Assembly: GCA_020060105.1 (NCBI GenBank)
Contig: JAGVAV010000002.1
Span: 6,186 to 70,185 of the forward strand
Direction: 5' to 3'
From: Candidatus Woesebacteria bacterium
GTDB taxonomy: Bacteria; Patescibacteriota; Microgenomatia; Woykebacterales; 2-01-FULL-43-14
Length of the DNA stretch: 64,000 nucleotides
Shown here: piece by piece, positions 9,193-18,728 of the stretch
Numbering within the stretch: the stretch's first letter is position 1
Layout: every line of letters begins with the position of its first letter
Position numbers and translations under genes: made by a program
The notes under the pieces: model-generated
Seen by the model: only the letters and a program-made list of their open reading frames with translations
What the model was told of the DNA's origin: nothing
The model's database searches: none

Positions 9193-11203
9193 TATTTAAA
9201 CCCTCCTCCTCTGATTTTTCTTCACTATTTGATTTTGTTATTATCTCCGGCTTTTTCCAACTCATCCAGTTACAGCCTGGATAATTACTACAACCAAAAA
9301 AATTCCTCCCGCGTCTAGTCCTCTTTATCACCACATCACCCCCGCAATTAGGACACAAAGCGTCGGCTTTTTTTTCATAATTTTTGGTATTCTTGCAATC
9401 CGGGTAACCCGAACACGCCAAGAACTTCCCAAATCTTCCATATTTTATTACCATCGGTCTTTTACATATGTCACAAATCTCTTCGGTTTCTTCTACGGGA
9501 ATTTCCACTCGTTGAGAAGACTCATAAACTTTTTCCAATTGTTCGCTGAAGGGTTCATAAAATTCCTTGATCACCGGTACCCAAGGTTTCTCCCCATTAG
9601 CGATGGCGTCCAACTGGTCCTCCATGCGGGCTGTGAATTCGGCATTGACAATATTTGAAAAATTATTAACCAAAAAGTCGTTTACTCCAACTCCTAAAGA
9701 AGTTGGCTGAAACTTTCCATCCAATCTTTCGACATAGTTTCTCTCTACAATTGTGGATAAGATTGGGGCATAAGTAGAAGGACGACCAACGCCTCTTTCT
9801 TCCAATGCTTTGATCAAACCCGCTTCGGTAAAACGCGGAGGAGGCTCAGTAAAATGTTGTTCTGGAAGAAGATTAATTAAATCTAGTTGCTCTCCGACTT
9901 TTAACTCTGGCAACTTTTGCGGCTCCTTTTCCTTCGAACCTTCCTCCTTTCTCTCTAAGATCAAGGCCCAACCTGAAAACTTTAACACAGAACCGTTAGC
10001 GCGAAAGATATAATCTTTCGCTTTAATATCCACGCTTGTTTGATCGTAAATCGCGTCAGCCATCTGACAAGCTAACGCATTTTGCCATATTAAATGGTAC
10101 AACTTGACATGATCTTTGGACAACTCATTTTGAAGAGAACTAGGCTCACTATGAATATAAGTGGGTCGGATGGCTTCATGGGCTTCTTGGGCTACCTTAG
10201 ACTTAGTTTTATACCGCCTCGGACCAACCGGCAGAAATTCTTTTCCAAACTTCTCGGTAATATACTCTCTGATCTGCCCAATCGCCAACTCAGAAAGGTT
10301 GAGAGAGTCCGTGCGATGATAAGAAATAAGCCCACGCTCATATAAATCCTGAGCTACTTTCATTGTTTTTTTGGAAGTAAACTTTAGTTTATTCGCCGCC
10401 GCCTGCTGTAAAGTAGAAGTTGTGAACGGAGGGTAGGGGCTCTTCTTCACTTCTCTTTTACCCACACGACTAACTTCATACGAGGCGTTCTTTAGATCTC
10501 CAACTACTTTTAACGCTTTTTCTTGTCCGCTTAATTTGATATTTTCATTTTTGTACTTAACTAATTCCGCTTTAAAAATACCCTCCTCACCTTTAGGCTG
10601 TTTCCTTAACAACGCCTCAACACTCCAATATTCCTCCGGCTGAAAAGCGTCTCGCTCTCTTTCCCTATCCACAATCAAACGTAAAGCAACTGATTGAACC
10701 CTTCCAGCCGAAAGTCCTTTTCTAACCTTATTCCATAAAAGTGGAGAGAGCTTGTATCCTACTAAGCGATCTAAAGCCCTCCTTGCTTGCTGGGCATCAA
10801 CTAGTCTTAAATTTATCATCCCTGGATGATCTAAAGCGTCTTTAACTGCTTTTTCCGTTATCTCGTGAAAAGTCACCCTCTTAATGGGGACTTTACTCTT
10901 TTCCTCTACCAATTGCGCAATATGCCAAGAAATTGACTCACCCTCTCGGTCAGGGTCCGTCGCTAAAAATATTTCTTTCGCTTTTCCTGATGCATTTATT
11001 ATTTCTTTTGTATGCTCTCTTTTATCTTTTGGCACTAAGTATTGAAGTTTGAAATCGCTCTCTACGTCTATACCTAACTTTGATTTAGGCAAATCTCTAA
11101 CGTGTCCATAAGAGGCAATAACCTGATAAGAACCACCTAAAAACTTAGAAAGAGTGGTCGCTTTAGTGGGAGATTCGACCACAATCAAATTTTTCTTTTG
11201 CAT
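9185..11203 (-). CDS. topA: DNA topoisomerase I
   Basis: TOPRIM N-terminus (LIVVESPTKA), a catalytic Tyr region, and C-terminal C4 zinc ribbons. Confidence 0.92.
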   Translation of the reverse strand: MQKKNLIVVESPTKATTLSKFLGGSYQVIASYGHVRDLPKSKLGIDVESDFKLQYLVPKDKREHTKEIINASGKAKEIFLATDPDREGESISWHIAQLVEEKSKVPIKRVTFHEITEKAVKDALDHPGMINLRLVDAQQARRALDRLVGYKLSPLLWNKVRKGLSAGRVQSVALRLIVDRERERDAFQPEEYWSVEALLRKQPKGEEGIFKAELVKYKNENIKLSGQEKALKVVGDLKNASYEVSRVGKREVKKSPYPPFTTSTLQQAAANKLKFTSKKTMKVAQDLYERGLISYHRTDSLNLSELAIGQIREYITEKFGKEFLPVGPRRYKTKSKVAQEAHEAIRPTYIHSEPSSLQNELSKDHVKLYHLIWQNALACQMADAIYDQTSVDIKAKDYIFRANGSVLKFSGWALILERKEEGSKEKEPQKLPELKVGEQLDLINLLPEQHFTEPPPRFTEAGLIKALEERGVGRPSTYAPILSTIVERNYVERLDGKFQPTSLGVGVNDFLVNNFSNIVNAEFTARMEDQLDAIANGEKPWVPVIKEFYEPFSEQLEKVYESSQRVEIPVEETEEICDICKRPMVIKYGRFGKFLACSGYPDCKNTKNYEKKADALCPNCGGDVVIKRTRRGRNFFGCSNYPGCNWMSWKKPEIITKSNSEEKSEEEGLNNG

Positions 11204-11218
11204 AAAAACCTCACGAGA

Positions 11219-12304
11219 TTATCTATTAATCACAAACATCATGTTACCTAAGTTTTTCACCTTACCTTTTATTTCCATCAAAGTCAAGGTCGAATTCACA
11301 ACATCCGTAGGTAATTTTGTCTCTTTAATCACCTGGTCTATCGTCTTAGCCCCGGAGGAAAGAATCTTTAAAATCGAGTCTTCCTCTGCGTTTTCTGGAA
11401 GAATAGAATCAGATTTGGAGTCTTTTACCGTTATATTCATTTCATCTATTATATCTTCTACACTAGTAACCAACTTCGCTCCGGCTTTAATCAAATCCGC
11501 TGGTCCTTTGGAAAGTTTGCTAAAGATAGGGCCTGGAACAGCGAAAACTTCCCGATTTTGATCAAGAGCTAAATTGGCTGTAATCAAAGAGCCGCTATCT
11601 TCCCCAGCTTCTGTTACCACCACCCCTCTTGATAAACCCGAAATGATCCTATTTCTCGCTGGAAAATTGCCAGCTAGTGGTTCAAAATTCGGAGGGAACT
11701 CTGATAGCAACACGCCGCCTCTAGCTATCTCTTCCGCTAGGGAATGGTTTTCTGGGGGATATATCCTGTTTAAACCACTGCCAAGGACGGCCAAGGTTCT
11801 TCCTCCACATTCGAGAGCTGTCTGGTGGGCTAACGAATCTACACCTCTTGCCAAGCCAGAAACTATAGTAAATCCATATCCCACTAACTCTTTTACTAAA
11901 TATCTGGTTACCTCTTTCCCATACACCGTGGCTTTCCTTGTGCCAACAACGGCTATTGCCAGATCATCTTCCGGTTTAATCTCACCTTTCAAAAAAATTA
12001 CAGGTGGAGGATCATAGATTTCCAGTAGTAAGCGGGGATAATCTTTATCCACGACTGTTATCACTTTAATACCCTGACTGATAATGCCTTCCAAATATCT
12101 ATCTGGTTCAATACTATTTCTATAGCGATCAAAGACCCAAGAAGCTTTTTCCCCAATCACTTTTGCCACATCCTCAATTCTAGCTTTCCAAACTAACTCC
12201 GGCGACTTGAAATAATCAATCAGTTCCTTAAAGCGAACTGGCCCAATTTGAGGCGCCCCGCTGAGGGCCACCCAAAAAGCAAGACTGTTAAAATTATTTG
12301 ACAT
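11219..12304 (-). CDS. dprA: DNA-processing protein DprA (Smf)
   Basis: Rossmann-like DprA core: GTRKATVYG...GLARGVDSLAHQ... Confidence 0.88.
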   Translation of the reverse strand: MSNNFNSLAFWVALSGAPQIGPVRFKELIDYFKSPELVWKARIEDVAKVIGEKASWVFDRYRNSIEPDRYLEGIISQGIKVITVVDKDYPRLLLEIYDPPPVIFLKGEIKPEDDLAIAVVGTRKATVYGKEVTRYLVKELVGYGFTIVSGLARGVDSLAHQTALECGGRTLAVLGSGLNRIYPPENHSLAEEIARGGVLLSEFPPNFEPLAGNFPARNRIISGLSRGVVVTEAGEDSGSLITANLALDQNREVFAVPGPIFSKLSKGPADLIKAGAKLVTSVEDIIDEMNITVKDSKSDSILPENAEEDSILKILSSGAKTIDQVIKETKLPTDVVNSTLTLMEIKGKVKNLGNMMFVINR

Positions 12305-14228
12305 TGAAATAATACTCCAAGATTTTTCTCGCTACAGGCGCGGCTACGCTTGAGCCTTCCCCACCGTTCTCAATAAAAACTGTAACCACAATTTCAGGCT
12401 CTTCATAGGGAGCAAAAACCGTAAACCACGCGTGAGGATCACTGCTCTCTCCTGTTTCCGCCGTTCCCGTCTTTCCGGCCACAGGAACTTTAAAATCAAA
12501 AAAGGGCCAAGCTGTTCCTCCAGAGACAACCGCTTCCCTCAACCCTTCCTTTAGAGTAGTCAAAGAATTGACGCTAACAAAATTCTCTCTGATTACTTCT
12601 GACCTAATTTTTTTAATCAAAGTCGGCTTTATAAGCTTGCCGCCATTAGCAACCACGCCCATCATTGCATTAACCTGCAGTGGAGTCGCCGTTAGGTCAC
12701 CTTGTCCAATTGACATGTTAATAGTGTTTCCCGGATACCACGGCTCCTTCAGTGTTTTTAACTTCCACTCCTCGTTGGGCACTAACCCTGAAGATTCCCC
12801 CAGCAAATCAACCCCCAGCTTCTCACCAAAACCAAAGAGACGAGCGAAATTTTCCAATGCCTTCTCCCCTATCCTTTCTCCAAGATGATAAAAAAAAGTA
12901 TCGTTTGAACGAGCGAGAGCCCTTACCACATCAATAAAGCCCTCCTTTTTCCCGTATTGAGTGTAGTACCAGTTTGTAAACCGATACTCTCCTAAAAAGA
13001 ATTCGCCGGTATCTTCTATCTTTGTCTCTTTAGATATTTTACCATTTTCTAATCCAGCCGCCGCCGTAACAACCTTAAAAGTGGAGCCAGGAGGATACGC
13101 GGCAGATACGGCTCTGTTTAGCATCGGTTTGTTTTTGTCATTCATTAATAAGTCATAGTCATCCCAGGAAATACCTTTTGCGAAGAGGTTATTATCATAA
13201 CTAGGTAAACTTATCATGCCTAATATCTCGCCAGTTTTAGGATTCTGAGCTACAACCACTCCCGCGCTAGACTTTACCTCTAACAGCTTATCCCGAAGAG
13301 CTTTTTCCATTTCCTTCTGCAGATCCAAATCTAAACTAAGTATCAGGTCCTCACCCGGAATTGGAGACACACTGGCTAAGACACCCGTTTTTTTCCCGTT
13401 TGCATCCACTTTAATTATTTCCTGGCCAGAAACTCCTCTAAGTATTTGCTCAAATGTCTTTTCAATTCCACTTACCCCCACCTTATCACCCGGACGGTAA
13501 TTAAAATGTTTGCTATTTGATAATTCCTCCTTGGAAATTTCACCAGTAAAACCAATAACGTGGGAAAGCAAGCTACCAAAGTTGTATTGGCGAACAGGAT
13601 CCACTTCTAAAGATACTCCCTTTAGCTCTCCTTCCATAGCTTCTATCTTTAACGCCACATCCCTGTTCACGCCGTCTTTAATAGTAAAGACTTCGTTACC
13701 AACGCTTTCAACCTTTTCTTTGACTTCCTCCTCACTTAATTCGAGTAATAAAGAAAGTTTGTTTGACAACGAAATTTTTTCTTCCATTGTTAGTGCAGAG
13801 CCGTCTAGGACAACGCGAAAAGCAGGAATATTACTGGCAAGCACATTGCCGTTACGATCGTAAACAACACCCCGAGGGGCATGGATTACCCGTGTTAGGG
13901 AGCGATTACCTTCCGAGGCACTAAGAAAGTTATGACCTTCAATAACTTGAAGCTGAACTAACCTGCTTGTTAAGAAAAAAATCGCGGTGAAGGTAAACAG
14001 ATATAAAGGTAGAATTCGCCAAACAGAGACTTTAAATTCCGGTTTAGAACCCCTAAGGTTACCCACAATAAAAACTTCTTGCCAAGAAGTAGAAAACCGA
14101 TCTTTCTCAGAGAAAAAACGGCGTCTAGACCGGTCAAATCGAACAACCATGTCAAAAAAAGCCTTGCCTAAAAAGGCTGGTTTTCTTCTAGCGTCTTTTC
14201 TAAAAATCCCCAGGTTTTTTTTCTCCAT
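12294..14228 (-). CDS. mrdA: Penicillin-binding protein 2 (elongasome transpeptidase)
   Basis: N-terminal TM and PBP dimerisation domain, STFK active-site motif, and position immediately downstream of mreBCD. Confidence 0.9.
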   Translation of the reverse strand: MEKKNLGIFRKDARRKPAFLGKAFFDMVVRFDRSRRRFFSEKDRFSTSWQEVFIVGNLRGSKPEFKVSVWRILPLYLFTFTAIFFLTSRLVQLQVIEGHNFLSASEGNRSLTRVIHAPRGVVYDRNGNVLASNIPAFRVVLDGSALTMEEKISLSNKLSLLLELSEEEVKEKVESVGNEVFTIKDGVNRDVALKIEAMEGELKGVSLEVDPVRQYNFGSLLSHVIGFTGEISKEELSNSKHFNYRPGDKVGVSGIEKTFEQILRGVSGQEIIKVDANGKKTGVLASVSPIPGEDLILSLDLDLQKEMEKALRDKLLEVKSSAGVVVAQNPKTGEILGMISLPSYDNNLFAKGISWDDYDLLMNDKNKPMLNRAVSAAYPPGSTFKVVTAAAGLENGKISKETKIEDTGEFFLGEYRFTNWYYTQYGKKEGFIDVVRALARSNDTFFYHLGERIGEKALENFARLFGFGEKLGVDLLGESSGLVPNEEWKLKTLKEPWYPGNTINMSIGQGDLTATPLQVNAMMGVVANGGKLIKPTLIKKIRSEVIRENFVSVNSLTTLKEGLREAVVSGGTAWPFFDFKVPVAGKTGTAETGESSDPHAWFTVFAPYEEPEIVVTVFIENGGEGSSVAAPVARKILEYYFNVK

Positions 14229-14229
14229 A

Positions 14230-14574
14230 TTATCGCCAAGCCATCAAAATCGTTAATTCTATCACCTTACTAGAAATAAACAAGCAAGCGATTAACAAAA
14301 TTAAAATAAAGGCTCTTCTCTTATTTAACCCAGTTTTGTTAAAAAAATAAAACACACTAAAGGCCACTAAATAACCCAGCAAGGATGTCCCTAGGGGAAA
14401 ATTAGTTAACAAATCCGTTATAAGACTTCCCACCACACCGAAATACACAGCGTCTTTAACTTGGCTTAGACTAAACCAGTATAATGAAATAATCACTATT
14501 AAATTAAGCGGAGCAATTGAAAGCTGTATCAGAGTAACGACAAACGCTGTGGTAAAAATCAACAAGTATTTCAT
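14230..14574 (-). CDS. mreD: Rod shape-determining protein MreD (small polytopic membrane protein)
   Basis: 114-aa hydrophobic protein between mreC and mrdA. Assigned by position and membrane topology only. Confidence 0.65.
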   Translation of the reverse strand: MKYLLIFTTAFVVTLIQLSIAPLNLIVIISLYWFSLSQVKDAVYFGVVGSLITDLLTNFPLGTSLLGYLVAFSVFYFFNKTGLNKRRAFILILLIACLFISSKVIELTILMAWR

Positions 14575-15365
14575 TTGAAAATAAAAACGTGGCTAAGGCG
14601 ACTATAATTAACCAAGGGTCTGACTACGGCTTCTTGAAAAATAGCCTTATCATCTTTCTTAACTTTCTCCACGGTTCCAACAACCAAACCACGAGGATAA
14701 CCACCCTCACCAGAAGTGATTACACTATCGCCTTCGGTTAAAGGTTCTTCCGGAAGAACCTTAGATAAAGACATCTCAGCTTGAAAACGCCCAGTTAGAA
14801 TTCCTCTAGCCTTTTGAACAGTAGTCACAGGAACTTTAGAATTTGGATCGATTAATAGCTCTATACTAGCCGATCTCGGTGAGGTACTAATTACCTTCCC
14901 TATCAAAATATCTCTTAATATCACAAAAGAGTCTCTTCTCACCCCTTCGTTTTCCCCCTTATCTACCAATAAATACCTCTCTTGTCCTATGGGGCCAAAA
15001 CCAATTACAGACGCCAGAATCATCTCCTTACTCGCGTTTTCTAGATTACCTATCCCTAATTGTTCTTTCAAAACTTTGTTTTCTTCAGTCAGCAACTTCA
15101 ACCGAGTAACTTCTGATACCAAATCCACATTCTCTTTCTTTAATTTAGAATTTTCCTCATGTAAGTTAACCGCGTCAAAAACAACTCCAAGCTTTGATGT
15201 TACCCCTTGGCTAAAACTGTAAAAACCATACTGCACTGGAACTAATACCGCTTGTAGAGGGTTCTTAATAAAACCTAAACCGTTCTGCCGGTCAAGAAAA
15301 ACTAGCAGAAGGACAAACAAAAAACCGACAACAAAATAGAACCTCCTCACCGTGCCCCTCCGCAA
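14571..15365 (-). CDS. mreC: Rod shape-determining protein MreC
   Basis: N-terminal TM, coiled coil (ENSKLKKENVDLVSEVTRLKLL), and a beta-rich C-terminal domain. Confidence 0.85.
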   Translation of the reverse strand: MRRGTVRRFYFVVGFLFVLLLVFLDRQNGLGFIKNPLQAVLVPVQYGFYSFSQGVTSKLGVVFDAVNLHEENSKLKKENVDLVSEVTRLKLLTEENKVLKEQLGIGNLENASKEMILASVIGFGPIGQERYLLVDKGENEGVRRDSFVILRDILIGKVISTSPRSASIELLIDPNSKVPVTTVQKARGILTGRFQAEMSLSKVLPEEPLTEGDSVITSGEGGYPRGLVVGTVEKVKKDDKAIFQEAVVRPLVNYSRLSHVFIFK

Positions 15366-16399
15366 ATCTTGATTCTTCTCAACAGAGATGCATTCTCCAA
15401 AACCTTACCCGCACCTCTCACAACGCAAGTTAAAGCATCCTCCGCCACTATCACAGGCATCTTGGTTTCTTTAGCCGTTAACTCTGCTACCCCTGGTAAA
15501 AGAGACCCACCGCCGGCCAAAGTAATCCCATTTTCCATAATATCCGAAACCAACTCGGGAGGAGTCTCTTCCAGAGTATCTTTTATTGCTTCGATAACTA
15601 CTCTCACTGTGTTAGACAAAGCCTCTCTTATTTCACCACTCGTCACTACAACGCTTGAAGGCAAACCAGAAGCCAAGTCTCGGCCTCGAATAGCAATTTT
15701 ACTTTCTTTATCCACTGGATAGGCAGAACCAATGCTTATTTTTATTTCTTCCGCTGTCCTCTCCCCCAGCAAAAGATTGTACCTGCTTCTCGCATAATTA
15801 ATAATGTCTTGATCCATTTCATCTCCCGCAACCCTAACCGAACGATTAATAACTATTCCCCCTAATGAGATTACGGCAATCTCTGTCGTCCCCCCACCAA
15901 TATCGACAATCATACTTCCTTTAGCCTCTTCAGTTGGAAGTCCGGCGCCAATGGCCGCGGCCATTGGCTCCTCAACTAAATACGCCTCTCGAGCCCCCGC
16001 TCTTATGGTGGCATCTTGTACTGCCCTTCTTTCAACTTCGGTTACTCCTGAGGGAATCCCAACCACTACTCTTGGACGAGGAATTTTAGGAATAATTGAA
16101 CGGCTCTCGTGGATTTTACTAACAAAATATTTAAGTAAAGATTCTGTTGCGTCAAAATCAGAAATTACCCCGTCTCTTAAAGGCCTTATCACGCTAATCA
16201 TGCTCGGTGTTTTCCCAATCATCCTTTTAGCCTCAGCACCCACCGCTAAAACCTGTCTCGTTTTTTTGTGTTGGGCAATTATCGTCGGTTCGCGTATTAG
16301 AATCCCCTTCCCTTTGACTAAAACTAAAGTATTCGCTGTTCCGAGATCAATCCCAACATCGTGAGACAAAGAAGATAAGAAACTATTAATAAAAAACAT
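15347..16399 (-). CDS. mreB: Rod shape-determining actin homolog MreB
   Basis: [11 protein letters not shown] phosphate-1 motif and the actin/HSP70 fold motifs throughout. Confidence 0.92.
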   Translation of the reverse strand: MFFINSFLSSLSHDVGIDLGTANTLVLVKGKGILIREPTIIAQHKKTRQVLAVGAEAKRMIGKTPSMISVIRPLRDGVISDFDATESLLKYFVSKIHESRSIIPKIPRPRVVVGIPSGVTEVERRAVQDATIRAGAREAYLVEEPMAAAIGAGLPTEEAKGSMIVDIGGGTTEIAVISLGGIVINRSVRVAGDEMDQDIINYARSRYNLLLGERTAEEIKISIGSAYPVDKESKIAIRGRDLASGLPSSVVVTSGEIREALSNTVRVVIEAIKDTLEETPPELVSDIMENGITLAGGGSLLPGVAELTAKETKMPVIVAEDALTCVVRGAGKVLENASLLRRIKICGGAR

Positions 16400-16478
16400 A
16401 AACCACCTTCTACGCTAAAAGTTTAACATTACCAATCTTCTTTCCGCAAGCACGGCTTTTGTGTTAAGATAAGTATTA

Positions 16479-18722
16479 ATGACAAGTTTAGTTTTTTTGT
16501 GTAACAAAATTATTGAATACAGTTTCTACGCCCTTTTCTTCCTCGTTCCTTTAATTTTTTCTCATCTAACCTATGAATTATTTGAATTCAATAAGATGCT
16601 TCTTGTCTACTTCATTTCTATCATCATAGCCGGCGCGTGGTTAATTAAGTCACTCGAAACGGAAACATTTTATTTAAAAAGAACTTTTCTAGATATTCCA
16701 ATTCTTTTGTTTCTAATAGCTAACATTCTTTCTACTATATTTTCGATTGACCCTTACACCAGCCTTTGGGGTTACTACACTCGGTTCAACGGAGGTCTAA
16801 TTTCAACAATTTTCTATATTTTCCTCTATTACGCCTTTGTAAGTAACATTAAACCTAGTAAAGTATTAAAGATGATCTATGTTTCCGTGATCTCAGCGGC
16901 TGTAGTGTCGTTTTGGGGAGCACTAGCCTTTTTTGGGCGCGACCCGTCTTGTCTGTTAATTAACGGCGATTTTGGAACAAGTTGCTGGAATAAGCTTTTC
17001 AATCCCACGGTAAGAGCCTTTTCAACTATTGGACAATTCAATTGGTTAGCCGCATTTATCGCAATGATTCTACCTATTAGCGTATCTTTGATGATAATTT
17101 CTCAACCATTTTACAAAAAGATCCGTTATCTATCAGTTAGTTCTCTTATGTACCTTACCTTCACCCTGGCATACTCGAGAGGAGCAACGATCGGCCTAGC
17201 GGCAGGATTGCTTGTCTTTTTCTTACTTGCCGGCCTAGATAAAGTAAGAAAATATTGGAAAGGATTAATTGCTTCAGGAACAGTTGGATCAGCAGCAAGT
17301 TATTTTATCTTTACCTCTGTTTTCCTTAAGAACTCTTTTGATTGGGTATGGTTATCTGCTTTACTGATTATTGGGGCAGTGGGTGGTTTGTTTATCTTTG
17401 TTTTCTTCAACGCTTTATCCGTCCTAAAAGGAAATCGAAAGTGGCTTATCGTTTTGGCAATCGCCTTCCTTATCATCAATGTCCTTGCCAGCAACGCCTT
17501 CTCTCATAGACCCGTAAAAGTCAGTAATGTGACAACCGAAAGTGTTGGAACTGGTGGGGAGACAGACTCTGGACAAAATAGATTGGTTGTTTGGAAAGGA
17601 GCCTTAGACATTGCTAAAAACTTCCCTATCCTGGGCTCAGGGGTAGAGACTTTCGCCTACTCTTATTACCAATTTAGACCAGAAGAACATAACTTAGCTG
17701 GATCAGAATGGGATGTTTTATTTAATAAAGCCCACAACGAATACTTGAACTACCTTTCCACAACGGGGATCGTTGGGGTAATTACGTATTTAGCCCTTAT
17801 AATAATGTTTTATATCGCCACAATAAAACTATTCCTTAAAGAAAGTTCTGGAAGTAACAAGTTGATAATCGCAGCTTTTTTATCGGGCTATACTAGCTAC
17901 TTAGTTCAGAACACATTTAGCTTCTCTGTTGTACCAATCGCTTTGTTGTTTTATCTTTTTCCTGCCTTAATCATTAACCTGAGTGGAAATAAAAAAGACC
18001 AGAATAACCCACAACTTCAAATAAACATTAAACTTTTACCGGGTTCAATCCGCGCTCTTTATAGAAGAAGGGTGTTTCAGGTTACTATAGCTGTTATTAT
18101 TGTGTACGCCCTCCTTAAGATTGTTAACATTTGGCAAGCAGACGTTTCTTATGCAAAAGGTGTTCGACAGGGAGATTACCTCTCATTAGAAAGAGCGGTA
18201 AATTTAAACCCAGCAGAGCCAACTTATCGAATCGGATTAAGTTATCTACTGGCAGTAATGGCCAACAAAGAAGAAGACCCCCAGAAAAAGAAAGAGTTAG
18301 TTTTACGGACTGTAAATGAGGGAGAAAACGCCGTAAAAGCCAGCCCTCATAACGTAAGTCTCTGGAGAAATTTGGTAAGAACTTATTACGAGCTCTCCCA
18401 AATCGACAGCAGCTTTCTAAATAACGCTCTTGAAGCAGCGCTAAAAGCCGTCTCCCTGGCCCCAACTGATGCCAGAACACACCTCACCTTAGGCTTAGCT
18501 TATAAAGAAGCGAATTTATTAAACGAAGCTGCCCAAACTTTTCAAAAGACTATTGAGCTTAAGGCCGATTTCGCGGAAGCTTATTACCATCTTGCCTTAA
18601 CCTATCAACAACAAGAAGAAAAAGAAAAGGCAGTTAAGGTTCTGGAAAAATTTCTTAATTTATTCCCAGGTCAAAAAGAAAGCGTAAACAAGTTAATAGA
18701 AGAAATAAAAGGATCTAAATAA
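16479..18722 (+). CDS. O-antigen ligase-like (Wzy_C) polytopic membrane protein with a C-terminal TPR repeat domain
   Basis: More than 10 TM helices with a periplasmic loop carrying the KAHNEYLNYL Wzy_C motif. The C-terminal roughly 200 aa are TPR-like (YYHLALTYQQQEE...). Confidence 0.75.
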   Translation: MTSLVFLCNKIIEYSFYALFFLVPLIFSHLTYELFEFNKMLLVYFISIIIAGAWLIKSLETETFYLKRTFLDIPILLFLIANILSTIFSIDPYTSLWGYYTRFNGGLISTIFYIFLYYAFVSNIKPSKVLKMIYVSVISAAVVSFWGALAFFGRDPSCLLINGDFGTSCWNKLFNPTVRAFSTIGQFNWLAAFIAMILPISVSLMIISQPFYKKIRYLSVSSLMYLTFTLAYSRGATIGLAAGLLVFFLLAGLDKVRKYWKGLIASGTVGSAASYFIFTSVFLKNSFDWVWLSALLIIGAVGGLFIFVFFNALSVLKGNRKWLIVLAIAFLIINVLASNAFSHRPVKVSNVTTESVGTGGETDSGQNRLVVWKGALDIAKNFPILGSGVETFAYSYYQFRPEEHNLAGSEWDVLFNKAHNEYLNYLSTTGIVGVITYLALIIMFYIATIKLFLKESSGSNKLIIAAFLSGYTSYLVQNTFSFSVVPIALLFYLFPALIINLSGNKKDQNNPQLQINIKLLPGSIRALYRRRVFQVTIAVIIVYALLKIVNIWQADVSYAKGVRQGDYLSLERAVNLNPAEPTYRIGLSYLLAVMANKEEDPQKKKELVLRTVNEGENAVKASPHNVSLWRNLVRTYYELSQIDSSFLNNALEAALKAVSLAPTDARTHLTLGLAYKEANLLNEAAQTFQKTIELKADFAEAYYHLALTYQQQEEKEKAVKVLEKFLNLFPGQKESVNKLIEEIKGSK

Positions 18723-18728
18723 TAAACT

